From positions 1,540 through 65,539 of the forward strand of contig DASXZJ010000090.1 of NCBI GenBank assembly GCA_036502025.1: a DNA stretch of 64,000 nucleotides. The letters run 5' to 3'. Shown here one piece after another: positions 53,106 to 62,840 of the stretch. The position numbers were made by a program, and so were the translations under genes. Within the stretch, counting starts at the first letter, position 1, and each line of letters begins with the position of its first letter. Under the pieces are notes generated by a model. That model searched no databases and had not been told where the DNA came from. It saw only the letters and a program-made list of their open reading frames with translations. The stretch is from Acidimicrobiales bacterium. GTDB lineage: Bacteria > Actinomycetota > Acidimicrobiia > Acidimicrobiales > RAAP-2.

Positions 53106-54019
53106 CCGTCGCGCCAGAGCGCCGTTCCGCCCGAGCCACCGCGCGCGACCTCTGGGTCGCCACCGAGACCGTCCACGCCGTCGCCTACTTCGCGCCGGCC
53201 TGCCAGAAGATGGAGGGCCTGAAGGGCTTCTGGGCCACCTACTTCACCGCCCGGGCGGCCCCGCTGGGCCGGGTCGGGGCCGGACCGGTGGCCGCCGCCT
53301 TCTACAACTTCCACCCCGCCATGGTCGAACGGGCGGTTCCGGCGTGTTGGGACGCCCTCGACCCAGTCGAGGTCACGGTCCGGCGGGCCACGGCGGCGTC
53401 GGAGGCGTTGCGCGCCGCCTGCTCCGACGAGGCTCTGGGGGAGCTCGTGGCTGCGCTGCCCGAGCTGCGCGCCGCCGCCGGGCCCTGCACCAGCCCGGGT
53501 CGCGTGCTGGGTAGTGCCAACAGTGCCCTCTGGGCGTCGATCGCCGGTCGTGTCGAGCAACGGGGCGGTACGGGCCCGCCCGGCGAGGTGGCCGAGGCCT
53601 GGCAGGCCTGCACGGCCCTGCGGGAGCACCGGGGTGACGGCCACGTCGCCGCACTGGTAGCCCACCGGATCAGCGGACTCGGGGCGCACCTGCTGGCGGC
53701 CGGCGTGGCCGGGGTGCCCGCCGATCTCCTGCGCGACAACCGCGGCTGGAGCGCGGCGCGGTGGGACGAGGACCTGGCGGCCATGGCGGACCGGGGCCTG
53801 CTGGAGCCCGACGGGCGGGCGACGGTCGCCGGCCGCGCCCTCCATGACTCCATCGAAACGATGACCGACGTCCTGGCCGAGCCGGCCTACGCCGAGTTGA
53901 GCGACCGGGAAGTCAACCGTCTGTACGGGGCGGTGCGGGCCTGCGCCGAGCAGGTTCAGGCGGCCGGATTGATCCCCTTCCCCAACCCCATGGGATTGCC
54001 TGCGTTGCAGGCGCCGTAA
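53102..54019 (+). CDS. conserved actinobacterial hypothetical protein (SCO6745-like by recollection); start codon unresolved
   Basis: ARDLWVATETVHAVAYFAP...GFWATYFTARAAPLG...FYNFHPAMV. Between far upstream and ATG 53210, the only in-frame candidate start is CTG 53102, within a CTGA junction at the qcrB stop. Confidence 0.55.
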   Translation: MTVAPERRSARATARDLWVATETVHAVAYFAPACQKMEGLKGFWATYFTARAAPLGRVGAGPVAAAFYNFHPAMVERAVPACWDALDPVEVTVRRATAASEALRAACSDEALGELVAALPELRAAAGPCTSPGRVLGSANSALWASIAGRVEQRGGTGPPGEVAEAWQACTALREHRGDGHVAALVAHRISGLGAHLLAAGVAGVPADLLRDNRGWSAARWDEDLAAMADRGLLEPDGRATVAGRALHDSIETMTDVLAEPAYAELSDREVNRLYGAVRACAEQVQAAGLIPFPNPMGLPALQAP

Positions 54020-54051
54020 GTTCGACCCGCAGAGTCCGTAGATTCTCCACC

Positions 54052-55668
54052 GTGGATCCGCCGCCGCCAACGTCGGGACCAGCGGCGGGCTGGTTCGCCG
54101 ACCCGGCCGGCCAGAGCGGGTTGCGCTGGTGGGACGGGACGGCGTGGACGGAACACACCGCACCCTGGCCGGACCCGGCGCCAGCGCCGGCACCCACCCC
54201 GCCCCCCCGGCGGCGCTCGCGGGCTCTCATCATCACGCTGGTGGTCGTGGTCATCGGGGGACTGGCCGGTGGCCTGGCCCTTTCACAGCCCTCCTCGAAC
54301 CAATCCTGGCCCAACGGCATCGGACCGATCGCCGCCTTCGTGAGCAAGGACCGCGGCCTCGCTTTCCTCCACTCCGTACCGATCCACTTCCAGGCCCCCA
54401 AGGCCTTCGACAAGCAGATCGCATCCCAGGACCAGGCCGACACCCCCTCGGAGCGGGCCGATGTCCGGCGCCTGAGCGCGCAGTACCGGGCCCTCGGGCT
54501 GATCGGCGGCTCGGTCAATCTGGTCGGCGCCCAGACGGCGCTCGACTCCGGTGGCGTACTGGCCTACTACAGCGACGCCCAGAAGGACATCACCGTCCGA
54601 GGGACCACCCTCACACCCGCCACCAAGGTCACTATCGCCCATGAGATGACCCATGCGCTCCAGGACCAGCACTTCAACCTGACCAAGTTGGACAACCGGG
54701 CCGACACCAGCGACAAGAGCTTCGCCATGACGGCGGTCGAGGAGGGTGATGCCGTGCTCACCCAGAACGACTACACCGGCTCCCTTTCACCGGCCGAGCA
54801 GCGAAAAGCCAACGCCGAGGAGAACGCGCCCGACACGTCGACTCCCCCGAGCGGGCCCGCGCCCAGCGCGGGCCCTACGGGTAACTCGGATTACCTCGAC
54901 GTCACCTCGGCCGTGCCCTACGTCCTCGGACCCGACTTCGTCCTGGTGCTCTACAACGTGGGCGGCATCCCGATGATCAATGGAGCCTTCACCCATCCCC
55001 CGGCATCGGAGCTCGACATCGTGAACCCGACCGCCTACCTGCTCGGTCAGCGGACGCGGGACCTGCGGCCACCCGTGCTCAGTTCAGGAGAGAAGCGCGA
55101 CGGCGCACCGGACACCTTCGGGGCCTTCGACACCTACATGACCCTGTCCGGTCGGATGGACGCCCGATCCGCCCTGGCCGCCGCCGATGCCTGGGACGGG
55201 GGCTCCATGATTCAGTACACCGAAGCCGGGAAGACCTGCACCAAGTTCGATGTCGTTGGCGCGACGAGCGCGCAGAGCAACGTTCTCTCGGCCGCGTTCT
55301 CGGCCTGGGCCCACGCCCTCCCACCCCAGCAGGCCACCGTGACCCAGCGGGGACAGACGACCGACGTCGTGGCCTGCGATCCGGGATCCTCCGGCACGGC
55401 GGGTACGCGTTCGCGCGAGCACGCCCTCGATCTCATCGATGAGCGGAACACCAACATCGCCAGCGCGTATCTCTACGCCAACCTTCGGCCCCGAGCCGCA
55501 CTGTGTGTGGGGGACCTCTCCATCAACGACCCCACGCTGCTGAACGCCGAGAACACGGCCAATAGCTCGTTCTCGGCTCCCGGGGCGTCGGTGCAGAAGG
55601 CGATCGACAGCCAGACGCGCCAACTGATCGCCACCTGCGAGGCGCGGGGCGACCAGCTCTCACCCTGA
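54052..55668 (+). CDS. membrane-anchored putative zinc metalloprotease with an N-terminal DUF2510-like motif
   Basis: GWFADPAGQSGLRWWDGTAWTEHT, TM ALIITLVVVVIGGLAGGLAL, HExxH in TIAHEMTHALQDQHF, and a downstream EEGDA. Confidence 0.7.
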   Translation: MDPPPPTSGPAAGWFADPAGQSGLRWWDGTAWTEHTAPWPDPAPAPAPTPPPRRRSRALIITLVVVVIGGLAGGLALSQPSSNQSWPNGIGPIAAFVSKDRGLAFLHSVPIHFQAPKAFDKQIASQDQADTPSERADVRRLSAQYRALGLIGGSVNLVGAQTALDSGGVLAYYSDAQKDITVRGTTLTPATKVTIAHEMTHALQDQHFNLTKLDNRADTSDKSFAMTAVEEGDAVLTQNDYTGSLSPAEQRKANAEENAPDTSTPPSGPAPSAGPTGNSDYLDVTSAVPYVLGPDFVLVLYNVGGIPMINGAFTHPPASELDIVNPTAYLLGQRTRDLRPPVLSSGEKRDGAPDTFGAFDTYMTLSGRMDARSALAAADAWDGGSMIQYTEAGKTCTKFDVVGATSAQSNVLSAAFSAWAHALPPQQATVTQRGQTTDVVACDPGSSGTAGTRSREHALDLIDERNTNIASAYLYANLRPRAALCVGDLSINDPTLLNAENTANSSFSAPGASVQKAIDSQTRQLIATCEARGDQLSP

Positions 55669-55699
55669 ACCCCTCACCAGAGGAGCGCGCCGGCACCCC

Positions 55700-56209
55700 T
55701 CAGGGCTGGTCCCAATGCGCCCTCAGGTCGGTGAGCCACTCGGGGTACTCCAGCGGCGGGTCGGGGAGGGACGTCACCCCGCGTTCGGCCTGCGTCCGGG
55801 CCAGGGCCGCCGGATCGTCTCCCCACGATCGCGGGTCGCCCATCATCACCTCGAACAGGGTGGCGCCGGCGTCACCGGCCACCAGCGGCCCGAAGGCGGC
55901 TCCGAGCGGTAGCTCGATGTGGGTGCCCGCCGGGCAGTGTCGATCGCCGCACCAGATGTCGCCGGCGATGACGAAGAGCACGTGGGGGCTCAAATGGCCG
56001 TGCCGCCGGACGATCATGCCGGGGTCGTAGTGGGCGTAGAGCGAGAGGTACGGGGGGTCGGCTGAGAAGGCCAGCCACTTCTCGCGCACGAAGGCGTCGG
56101 TGCCGTCGCGGTTGCGCTGGGCCTTGACGGCTTGCCAGGGCACTTCGGGATCGTCGAGATGCCGGAAGACCGGCTCGGCACCCTCGACCCTGGGACTGGG
56201 TTCGTTCAC
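55700..56209 (-). CDS. cupin domain protein
   Basis: RRHGHLSPHVLFVIAGDIWCGD...CPAGTHIELP. GTGA overlap with the upstream MFS gene. The 344-aa track ORF is over-extended. Confidence 0.65.
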   Translation of the reverse strand: MNEPSPRVEGAEPVFRHLDDPEVPWQAVKAQRNRDGTDAFVREKWLAFSADPPYLSLYAHYDPGMIVRRHGHLSPHVLFVIAGDIWCGDRHCPAGTHIELPLGAAFGPLVAGDAGATLFEVMMGDPRSWGDDPAALARTQAERGVTSLPDPPLEYPEWLTDLRAHWDQP

Positions 56210-57441
56210 GGCTCGGCCACTGCCGACCAGGCCGCCGCCTTCGAGGCTCCGGCCGGCCGCACCCGGTCGTACACCGTCATGGCGAGGGTGAGGAGGCCGA
56301 AGCCGGCCCCGAGGACACACACGCCGGACCAGCCCCGGGACCCGTAGACCGTGCCCGCCAGGACAGAGCCGGTGGCGCCCCCGATGAAGTAACAGACCAT
56401 GTACGCGCTGTTGATGCGGCTCCGGGCGTCGGGCCGCAGGGCGTAGATGATGGCCTGGTTGGTGATCTGCATCCCCTGGGTGCCCACATCGAGCACCACG
56501 ATGCCGGCGATCAGGGCGGCCAGCGACGTGCGGCCGACCCACAGCAACCCGAACGAACCGACGAGGAGGAGGCCGGCCACCAGAGTCGACGCCGCGTGCC
56601 GATCGGCATCCGCCAGTTTGCCGGCCAGGTTGGCGGCCAGGACTCCGGCCGCGCCGACCAGCCCGAAGAGCCCGATCGCCGCGTTGGCGTAGTGGTAGGG
56701 AGAGCCCGAGAGCAGGAAGGCGATGGTGGTCCACAGCACGCTGAAGCAGGCGAAGGCACAGGCCCCGTGCCAGGCCCGGCGACGCAGGACCGGCTCTTCG
56801 ACCAGGAGGCGGAGTGAGGAGCCCACCAGGTGGCCGTAGCTACGGTGCGGCCGGGGCCCTTCGGCGGGAAGCGCCCGGCCCAGGACGACCGCGAAGCCCG
56901 CCATGAGGGCGGCGGAGACCCAGTAGATGGCCCGCCACCCGGCCAACTGGGCAGCCAGGCCCGACAGGGTCCGAGCCAGCAGGATCCCGAGGAGTAGCCC
57001 GGTCATGATGCGGGCGACCACCCGGCCCCGGCGCTCGGCGGGTGCCAGGTCCGCCGCCAAGGGGATCATGACCTGGCCCGCCACCGAGGCACATCCCACG
57101 GCGACCGAGGCCACGCCGAAGAGCCACAGGTTCGGGGCCAGGGCGCACGCCACGAGCGAGAGCACGGCCACGGCGAAGATGCGGGTGACCAGGGTCCGGC
57201 GGGCGTGCAGATCGCCGAGCGGCACTACCAGGAGCAAGCCGGCGGCGTAGCCCACCTGGGTGCAGGTGATGATCAGCGACGTCGCGCCCGGACCACTGTG
57301 AAAGTTGCGGGCCACCTCATGGAGCAGCGGTTGGGCGTAGTAGAGGTTGGCGACGACGGCGCCCGTGGCCACGGCGATCAGCGCCACCAACCGCGTCGAG
57401 AGTGCCTCGACGGGCGAGGTCTGGGAGCCGGTCACCGTCAC
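56206..57441 (-). CDS. MFS transporter
   Basis: About 12 TM segments. PLGDLHARR is a loop 2-3-like motif. Confidence 0.8.
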   Translation of the reverse strand: MTVTGSQTSPVEALSTRLVALIAVATGAVVANLYYAQPLLHEVARNFHSGPGATSLIITCTQVGYAAGLLLVVPLGDLHARRTLVTRIFAVAVLSLVACALAPNLWLFGVASVAVGCASVAGQVMIPLAADLAPAERRGRVVARIMTGLLLGILLARTLSGLAAQLAGWRAIYWVSAALMAGFAVVLGRALPAEGPRPHRSYGHLVGSSLRLLVEEPVLRRRAWHGACAFACFSVLWTTIAFLLSGSPYHYANAAIGLFGLVGAAGVLAANLAGKLADADRHAASTLVAGLLLVGSFGLLWVGRTSLAALIAGIVVLDVGTQGMQITNQAIIYALRPDARSRINSAYMVCYFIGGATGSVLAGTVYGSRGWSGVCVLGAGFGLLTLAMTVYDRVRPAGASKAAAWSAVAEP

Positions 57442-57500
57442 CGGCTCAGGCTAACGGTGCCCCACCCTGGCCCGCCGCGCCCGGAGGTCGACCCGATGGG

Positions 57501-57935
57501 TCAGACGTGCCCACCCCGCCGGCTCTCGGCCGTGACCCCGGTGGCGGCGGTGAGAATGAGGGGAACTCCGATCAGGATGAGCCAGGCGCCGAAGACCAGC
57601 GCCAGGACGGTCAGGAACGCTCCCATGCCGAGCACGAACGGCCAGATGGAGGAGCCTGGAAAGGACTCGATCACGCCGGCGCCTTCAGGTATTGACGCGT
57701 CCTTCCGGTCCGACGGGCGGTCGCCGGCACCCTGGACCTTGCCCCAGAAGAAGAATCGCTTGCCCTCAAACCTCCGGTGCCAGAAGAAGTAATAGCCGCC
57801 CGGGAGGAAGCCGAGCAGGGAGGTGCCGAGCAGCATCATGCCGCCGCCGTCCTCGTAGCTCCAGAACCAGTACACCAGGCCGACGATGCCGAAGAAGACG
57901 CCGAGGAACAGGAGGAAGAGCGCTTCGATCTTCAT
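57501..57935 (-). CDS. ctaF: cytochrome c oxidase subunit IV (actinobacterial CtaF)
   Basis: [26 protein letters not shown]. 4 TM, 144 aa. ATGA overlap with the ctaD stop. Confidence 0.8.
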   Translation of the reverse strand: MKIEALFLLFLGVFFGIVGLVYWFWSYEDGGGMMLLGTSLLGFLPGGYYFFWHRRFEGKRFFFWGKVQGAGDRPSDRKDASIPEGAGVIESFPGSSIWPFVLGMGAFLTVLALVFGAWLILIGVPLILTAATGVTAESRRGGHV

Positions 57936-59716
57936 GCGACGGGCACTTTCTCTCTGGGCGGTCCCGATGGAGGGGCCGCGTGGGGGCCGTGGGGGACGGT
58001 GAGGTCGTCGGGGTGGTTGTAGTCCCAGGTGGGGCGCTCCGAGCGGATCGGCGGCAGGTGCGTGTAGTTGTGGTGCGGGGGCGGCGAGGTGGTGAACCAC
58101 TCCAACGTGTGAGCGTCCCAGGGGTTGTTGCCCGCCGGGATGGGGTTGCGCCAGGAGACCACGAAGTTGACCAGGAGGAGGAAGAAGGAGACGCCGATGA
58201 TGAAGGCGCCCACCGTCGAGACGATGTTGTAGCTCTGCCAGCCGAGGTTCGACGGATAGCTGGCCACTCGACGCGGCATGCCCAGCAGGCCGACCACGTA
58301 CTGCGGCATGAAGGTCACCCAGAAGCCGATGAACAACAGCCAGAAGTGCCACTTGCCGAGGCCCTCCCGCAGCATCCGGCCGAACATCTTGGGGTACCAG
58401 TAGTAGAGGCCGGCGAAACCACCCAGCACGGCCGTGCCGAAGAGCACCTGGTGGAAGTGCGCCACCACGAAGTAGGTGTCGTGGGTGGCGAAGTCGATCG
58501 GCGGCGACGCCAACATGATCCCGGTCACGCCACCCATCAGGAAGGCGAAGAGGAATCCGATGCTGAACAGCATGGCGGTGGTGAACTGCAGCTGGCCGCG
58601 CCACATGGTGCCGATCCAGTTGAAGAACTTGATCCCGGTCGGTACGGCGATGAGGAGACTCAGGAAAGAGAAGAACGGCAGCAGCACGGCTCCGGTGGTG
58701 AACATGTGGTGGGCCCACACGCCAGTGGAGAGAGCGGCGATGGCCATGGTGGCGAACACCATGCCCTTGTACCCGAAGACCGGCTTGCGGGAGAAGACCG
58801 GCAGGACCTCGGTCACGATCCCGAAGAAGGGTAAGGCGAGGATATAGACCTCCGGATGGCCGAAGAACCAGAAGAGGTTCTGCCATAACAGGGGTGAACC
58901 ACCCCCCGCCACGCTGTAGATGTGCGTACCGAAGTGACGGTCGCAGAACAGCATGATCAGGGCACTGGTGAGCACCGGGAAGGCGATGAGGATGAGGATG
59001 CCGGTGACGAGCATGTTCCAGGTGAAGATGGGCATCCGGAACATCGTCATGCCCGGGGCGCGTAGGTAGAAGATGGTGGCGACCAGGTTCACGCCGGTGA
59101 AGATGGCCGAGAACCCGGTGAGGGCCAGCGCCATGATCCAGACGTCACCACCCGCCCCGGGCGAGCTGGTCGCGCTCGACAGGGGCGCGTAGGCGACCCA
59201 GCCGAAGCTGGCGGCGCCGCCGGCCACGAGGAAGCCCATGAGCATGGTGATCGAGCCGGTGAGGTAGAGCCAGTAGCTCAGCGCGTTGAGTCGAGGGAAC
59301 GCCATGTCGGGCGCGCCGATCTGGAGCGGTACGACGTAGTTGGCCAGGCCACCGAAGGCGAACGGTCCGGCGAACAGGTACAACATCAGGCTGCCGTGCA
59401 TGGTGAACAGCTCGTTGTACTGCCCGAAGGTCAAAAGGGAGGAGTGCGGGGAGGTGAGCTGGATCCGGATGAGCAGCGCCATGATCCCGGCCAGGTAGAA
59501 CATCACGATCGACGTGATCATGTAACTGAGGCCGATCACCTTGTGGTCGGTGGAGGTCAGCCACTTGAGGATCCCCGTCGGGCCGTGCTCGTCGTGCCCG
59601 TGTGCGTGGCCGTCGTCGGAACCGTGCCCGTTGGTCGCGGGCGGAAGGTGGAGTGCGGGCGCCTCGGTTTCGGCCGCGTCTGGCGGCGCGATGACGTCAG
59701 TCACCGTACAGGTCAC
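57932..59716 (-). CDS. ctaD: cytochrome c oxidase subunit I
   Basis: [24 protein letters not shown], and HHMFT. Confidence 0.95.
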   Translation of the reverse strand: MTCTVTDVIAPPDAAETEAPALHLPPATNGHGSDDGHAHGHDEHGPTGILKWLTSTDHKVIGLSYMITSIVMFYLAGIMALLIRIQLTSPHSSLLTFGQYNELFTMHGSLMLYLFAGPFAFGGLANYVVPLQIGAPDMAFPRLNALSYWLYLTGSITMLMGFLVAGGAASFGWVAYAPLSSATSSPGAGGDVWIMALALTGFSAIFTGVNLVATIFYLRAPGMTMFRMPIFTWNMLVTGILILIAFPVLTSALIMLFCDRHFGTHIYSVAGGGSPLLWQNLFWFFGHPEVYILALPFFGIVTEVLPVFSRKPVFGYKGMVFATMAIAALSTGVWAHHMFTTGAVLLPFFSFLSLLIAVPTGIKFFNWIGTMWRGQLQFTTAMLFSIGFLFAFLMGGVTGIMLASPPIDFATHDTYFVVAHFHQVLFGTAVLGGFAGLYYWYPKMFGRMLREGLGKWHFWLLFIGFWVTFMPQYVVGLLGMPRRVASYPSNLGWQSYNIVSTVGAFIIGVSFFLLLVNFVVSWRNPIPAGNNPWDAHTLEWFTTSPPPHHNYTHLPPIRSERPTWDYNHPDDLTVPHGPHAAPPSGPPREKVPVA

Positions 59717-60587
59717 CTCCCTGGTTGTTGTTGGCCGAGTTGCCGGTGTTGGTGCCGTTCACGCCGCTAGGGAGCTTAGGCACCGAGGAAGGGTTGTTCT
59801 TGACCTCCGCCTGCTGGACGCGCAGCCACCTGGCGTACTGGGCGGGGGTCACCGCCTTGACATTGAAGAACATCAAGGAGTGGTAGAGCCCGCAGAGCTG
59901 GGTGCACTGGCCCCGGTAGGTCCCCGGGTGCAGCACGTTGAAATCGAACGTCGAGGCGTAACCGGGGCTGGCGTACCGGCTGAAGTTGAACTGGGGTACG
60001 TAGAACCCGTGCAGGACGTCGAGAGAATTGAGGGTGATGCGCACCGTCTGGCCGGCCGGGATCACCATGGTCGGCGCCTGCGTGGTCTGGCCGATGACCT
60101 TGACCCCGCCCGGGTACTCGAACTCCCAGCCCCACTGGAAGGCGTGCACGGTCACCTTGGCCTCGGGGTTCGGTGAGATGGCGTCGACCTTGTTCTCGGC
60201 CAGCACGGTGAACACGAAGAGCACCAGGACGATGACGATCGGCACCACGGTGTAGATGATCTCGGTGAGCGTGTGGTACTGGGTCTGGCGGGGGATCTCC
60301 TCGGAGCGGCGGCGGTACCGGAAGACGGCCCAGAGGATCAGGAGGAGGACGAGCCCGCCGACCACGATGCCGGCGATGAAGAAGCCCTGCCAGAGGTGGA
60401 ACTCGGTTCGTCCCTGAGTCGTCGCCCCCTTGTACTCCCCGAACGTGGGCAGTGTGCAGCCGGTGAGGAGGAAGGCGGCGGCCACGATCCCGACCACCGC
60501 CAGCCGCCGGCGCGGCGACCGCGAAGTCGAATTCTGGGGGCTCGAAGCGGTCGGGATGGCAGAAGGGCTGGTCAACGACGAGTCCAC
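59697..60587 (-). CDS. ctaC: cytochrome c oxidase subunit II (lipoprotein)
   Basis: Lipobox LLTGC. CuA site HSFWVP-like DVLHGFYVP and [12 protein letters not shown]. Confidence 0.9.
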   Translation of the reverse strand: MDSSLTSPSAIPTASSPQNSTSRSPRRRLAVVGIVAAAFLLTGCTLPTFGEYKGATTQGRTEFHLWQGFFIAGIVVGGLVLLLILWAVFRYRRRSEEIPRQTQYHTLTEIIYTVVPIVIVLVLFVFTVLAENKVDAISPNPEAKVTVHAFQWGWEFEYPGGVKVIGQTTQAPTMVIPAGQTVRITLNSLDVLHGFYVPQFNFSRYASPGYASTFDFNVLHPGTYRGQCTQLCGLYHSLMFFNVKAVTPAQYARWLRVQQAEVKNNPSSVPKLPSGVNGTNTGNSANNNQGGDLYGD

Positions 60588-60662
60588 GAAGCTGACACTA
60601 TCGAACCCGGCCCAAAAAGACGAAGTAGCTGGACAGCGGGTTGCGCGATGCCCCGGCCCTGC

Positions 60663-61991
60663 TCAATGCGGGTGCGGATGGCCCCCCTCCGGCGGTGCGG
60701 CGACGGACTCCTGGGACGCCCAATTGAAGACGCCGCGCGTCATGGTCGAGGTGGCGCGCGCCGCCCGGGCGGCGAAGACCTGCTGGCGGGCGCGTTGCAC
60801 GGCCGGGTCGCCGGGGTTGGCCAGCCACGCGCTCTCGGCCAGGTGACCGGCCAGGCGCAGGGCCTGTTCAGCCGCGGCACCCTCACCCTCACCGTCGTGG
60901 TCCTCACCGGCCACGGCCAGCAGCTCGAGCGCCCGGTCGGCCAGCACGCCGGGTCCGCCGGCCAGAGCGGCCAGCTCCCGGGCCAGGGCCCGCTCGGGGG
61001 CGGGCTTGAGCGAGGCGGGGTTCCCGTCCCACCAGCCGCCGTACTGGCGCCACACCGTGTGCACCACGAACTCGGGCTCGTCGTAGACGGGACGCAGGTA
61101 CGGGCGTTCCTCGAGCTCGGCGGGTGGGTGGACGGAGTGGATGGCGTCGTCCAGTCGACCGCCGGCGTTCATTACGGCCAGGGTCTGGTCGACCAGGGAA
61201 TCGAGGAGGTCCGCCGTGTCGGTGAGGGCCTGGCGGACCCGGTCGGCTCCCACCACCGGGAACCCATGGCCGGGGAGCAGGTATTCGGCCTCCAGCTCGA
61301 GCATTCGCCGGAGCGCGGCCGCCCACTCCCGGGGATAACGCTGCACCTTCTGCGGGTTGCCGGCGTTGGGTGAGGCCCAGATGAAGAGGTCGCCGCAGCA
61401 GAGCACCCTGGTGTCGGCCTGCCAGGTGATGGTGTGGTCGTCGGTCTCGCCCTTCTCGTGGCGCAGGCTGAAGGCGACACCGCCCACCGAGAGGTCCATG
61501 GTGTCGTGGTATGTGCGGTCGGGGTAGCGGTAGTTGATCGGCCACTGCAGGTCTTTGAAGCCGAACTGCCGGCGGTTGATGATGGTGTTGTAGCCCGCCG
61601 TGAAGATGTAACGATCGAAACGCGCCGGCAGCGCGTGGTGGGCGATCACCTCGGGCGCCGGCCAGCCCTTCTCCGTCGACTCTGCCTCCCATACGGGCAC
61701 GCCGAAGACGTGGTCGATGTGGCCGTGGGAGTAGATGGCGGTGTTCAGCCGCGACTCGGTCCAGCGCCGCAGGTCGCCGTGCACCACCGGGGCCAGCGGC
61801 AGGCTGCCCGTGTCGACCAGGACCAGGCCGTCCTCGGTATCGAAGGCCGAGACGTTGGCGAACGAGGGGACGAAGCCCACCCCATCGGTTATCTCGGCGA
61901 AGCCGCCGATGTGGTCGACCGGGTGCATGGTGCTGGTCGACACCTCGCCGCGCCAGAGCTGGTCGGCGATGGTCAGGACGTCCTGCGGCAC
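60663..61991 (-). CDS. metallo-beta-lactamase fold hydrolase, alkyl/aryl-sulfatase-like (no SCP2 tail)
   Basis: YSHGHIDHVFG (HxHxDH), followed by a helical dimerisation-like domain. Confidence 0.75.
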   Translation of the reverse strand: MPQDVLTIADQLWRGEVSTSTMHPVDHIGGFAEITDGVGFVPSFANVSAFDTEDGLVLVDTGSLPLAPVVHGDLRRWTESRLNTAIYSHGHIDHVFGVPVWEAESTEKGWPAPEVIAHHALPARFDRYIFTAGYNTIINRRQFGFKDLQWPINYRYPDRTYHDTMDLSVGGVAFSLRHEKGETDDHTITWQADTRVLCCGDLFIWASPNAGNPQKVQRYPREWAAALRRMLELEAEYLLPGHGFPVVGADRVRQALTDTADLLDSLVDQTLAVMNAGGRLDDAIHSVHPPAELEERPYLRPVYDEPEFVVHTVWRQYGGWWDGNPASLKPAPERALARELAALAGGPGVLADRALELLAVAGEDHDGEGEGAAAEQALRLAGHLAESAWLANPGDPAVQRARQQVFAARAARATSTMTRGVFNWASQESVAAPPEGGHPHPH

Positions 61992-62045
61992 GTGCCCCCG
62001 ATCGGTGTGTGTACTTCGAGGTGTCCGGGCCGGAGCCCGGCGGGA

Positions 62046-62288
62046 TCAGGCTCCCGAACCGGTGTCGTCCGGCGTTCGGGTTGGCTGGGGCGCTGGTGTG
62101 TCCGCGGCGACGGCCGTCCCGTTGGTGGAGGCCGACGACTTCTTGCCGTCCTCCATACCCTTCTCGAACTCGTTCTTCGCCGAGCCCAGGTTTCGTGCCA
62201 GCTTGGGAATGGCGGCTCCTCCGAAGAGGAGCACGACGACCACGATGAGCACGATGACCCCGTCGACCCCAAAGATCTCTGCCAGCAT
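62046..62288 (-). CDS. tatA: twin-arginine translocase subunit TatA/E
   Basis: FGVDGVIVLIVVVVLLFGGAAIPKLARNLGSAKNEFEKG. AAGGAG lies 6 nt before the ATG. Confidence 0.9.
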   Translation of the reverse strand: MLAEIFGVDGVIVLIVVVVLLFGGAAIPKLARNLGSAKNEFEKGMEDGKKSSASTNGTAVAADTPAPQPTRTPDDTGSGA

Positions 62289-62389
62289 GTGTGTCTCCTT
62301 AGCCTTGGCTCACGCGGCGGTGAACCACGCCCAGGTTAGACCCTATTGAGCCGTTCCGGTCAGTGCACCCCGTCACGGGGTATCCGGAG

Positions 62390-62794
62390 TCACCCGGCCA
62401 GGAGGATGCCCATGGCCAGGGCGGCCACGCTGGCCAGGCCGGCCACCGAGCCCCACCCGGCCAGGGCGGTCCGCGTGGTGGAACGGGAGTGGAGCAGGGA
62501 TCCGAGTCCGGCCGCGAGCACGACGACGAGCTTGGCCATGAGCACCGCCTTCCAGGCCGAGGTCTGCGCGGCCCAGTGGAAGGTGGAGATGTTCCAGAAC
62601 CCGGTCACGATGAGGACGGCGTAGGCCGGCCACGCCACCCGCGCGAAGGCTCGGGCCAGCGCCGGCGCGGCCTCGGGGCCCAAGCCGCGGGATGCTCCGA
62701 CCAGGCCCAGCATGACGATCTGGCCCCCCACCCAGACCGAGGCGGCCAGGACGTGGAGGCTGAGCCGGAGGGTATCGAGCCATGGGGCCAACAC
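62390..62794 (-). CDS. small integral membrane protein (about 4 TM, CopD-like/unknown)
   Basis: Hydrophobic 134-aa ORF with LHVLAASVWVGGQIVMLGLV. The family assignment is weak. Confidence 0.5.
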   Translation of the reverse strand: MLAPWLDTLRLSLHVLAASVWVGGQIVMLGLVGASRGLGPEAAPALARAFARVAWPAYAVLIVTGFWNISTFHWAAQTSAWKAVLMAKLVVVLAAGLGSLLHSRSTTRTALAGWGSVAGLASVAALAMGILLAG

Positions 62795-62840
62795 CGGTGT
62801 CGCCTTTACGGTGCCGCTGCGGCTGCCGCTACCGCTACCG

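Noticed and set aside
62024-62041. Short GC hairpins after tatA (CCGGGC-cgga-GCCCGG) and after the small membrane gene (ACCCCG-tca-CGGGGT at 62367-62381) as terminators
   Set aside because: The stems are only 6 bp, there is no U-tract, and such hairpins are expected by chance at this GC content. The support is not strong enough to list them as features.
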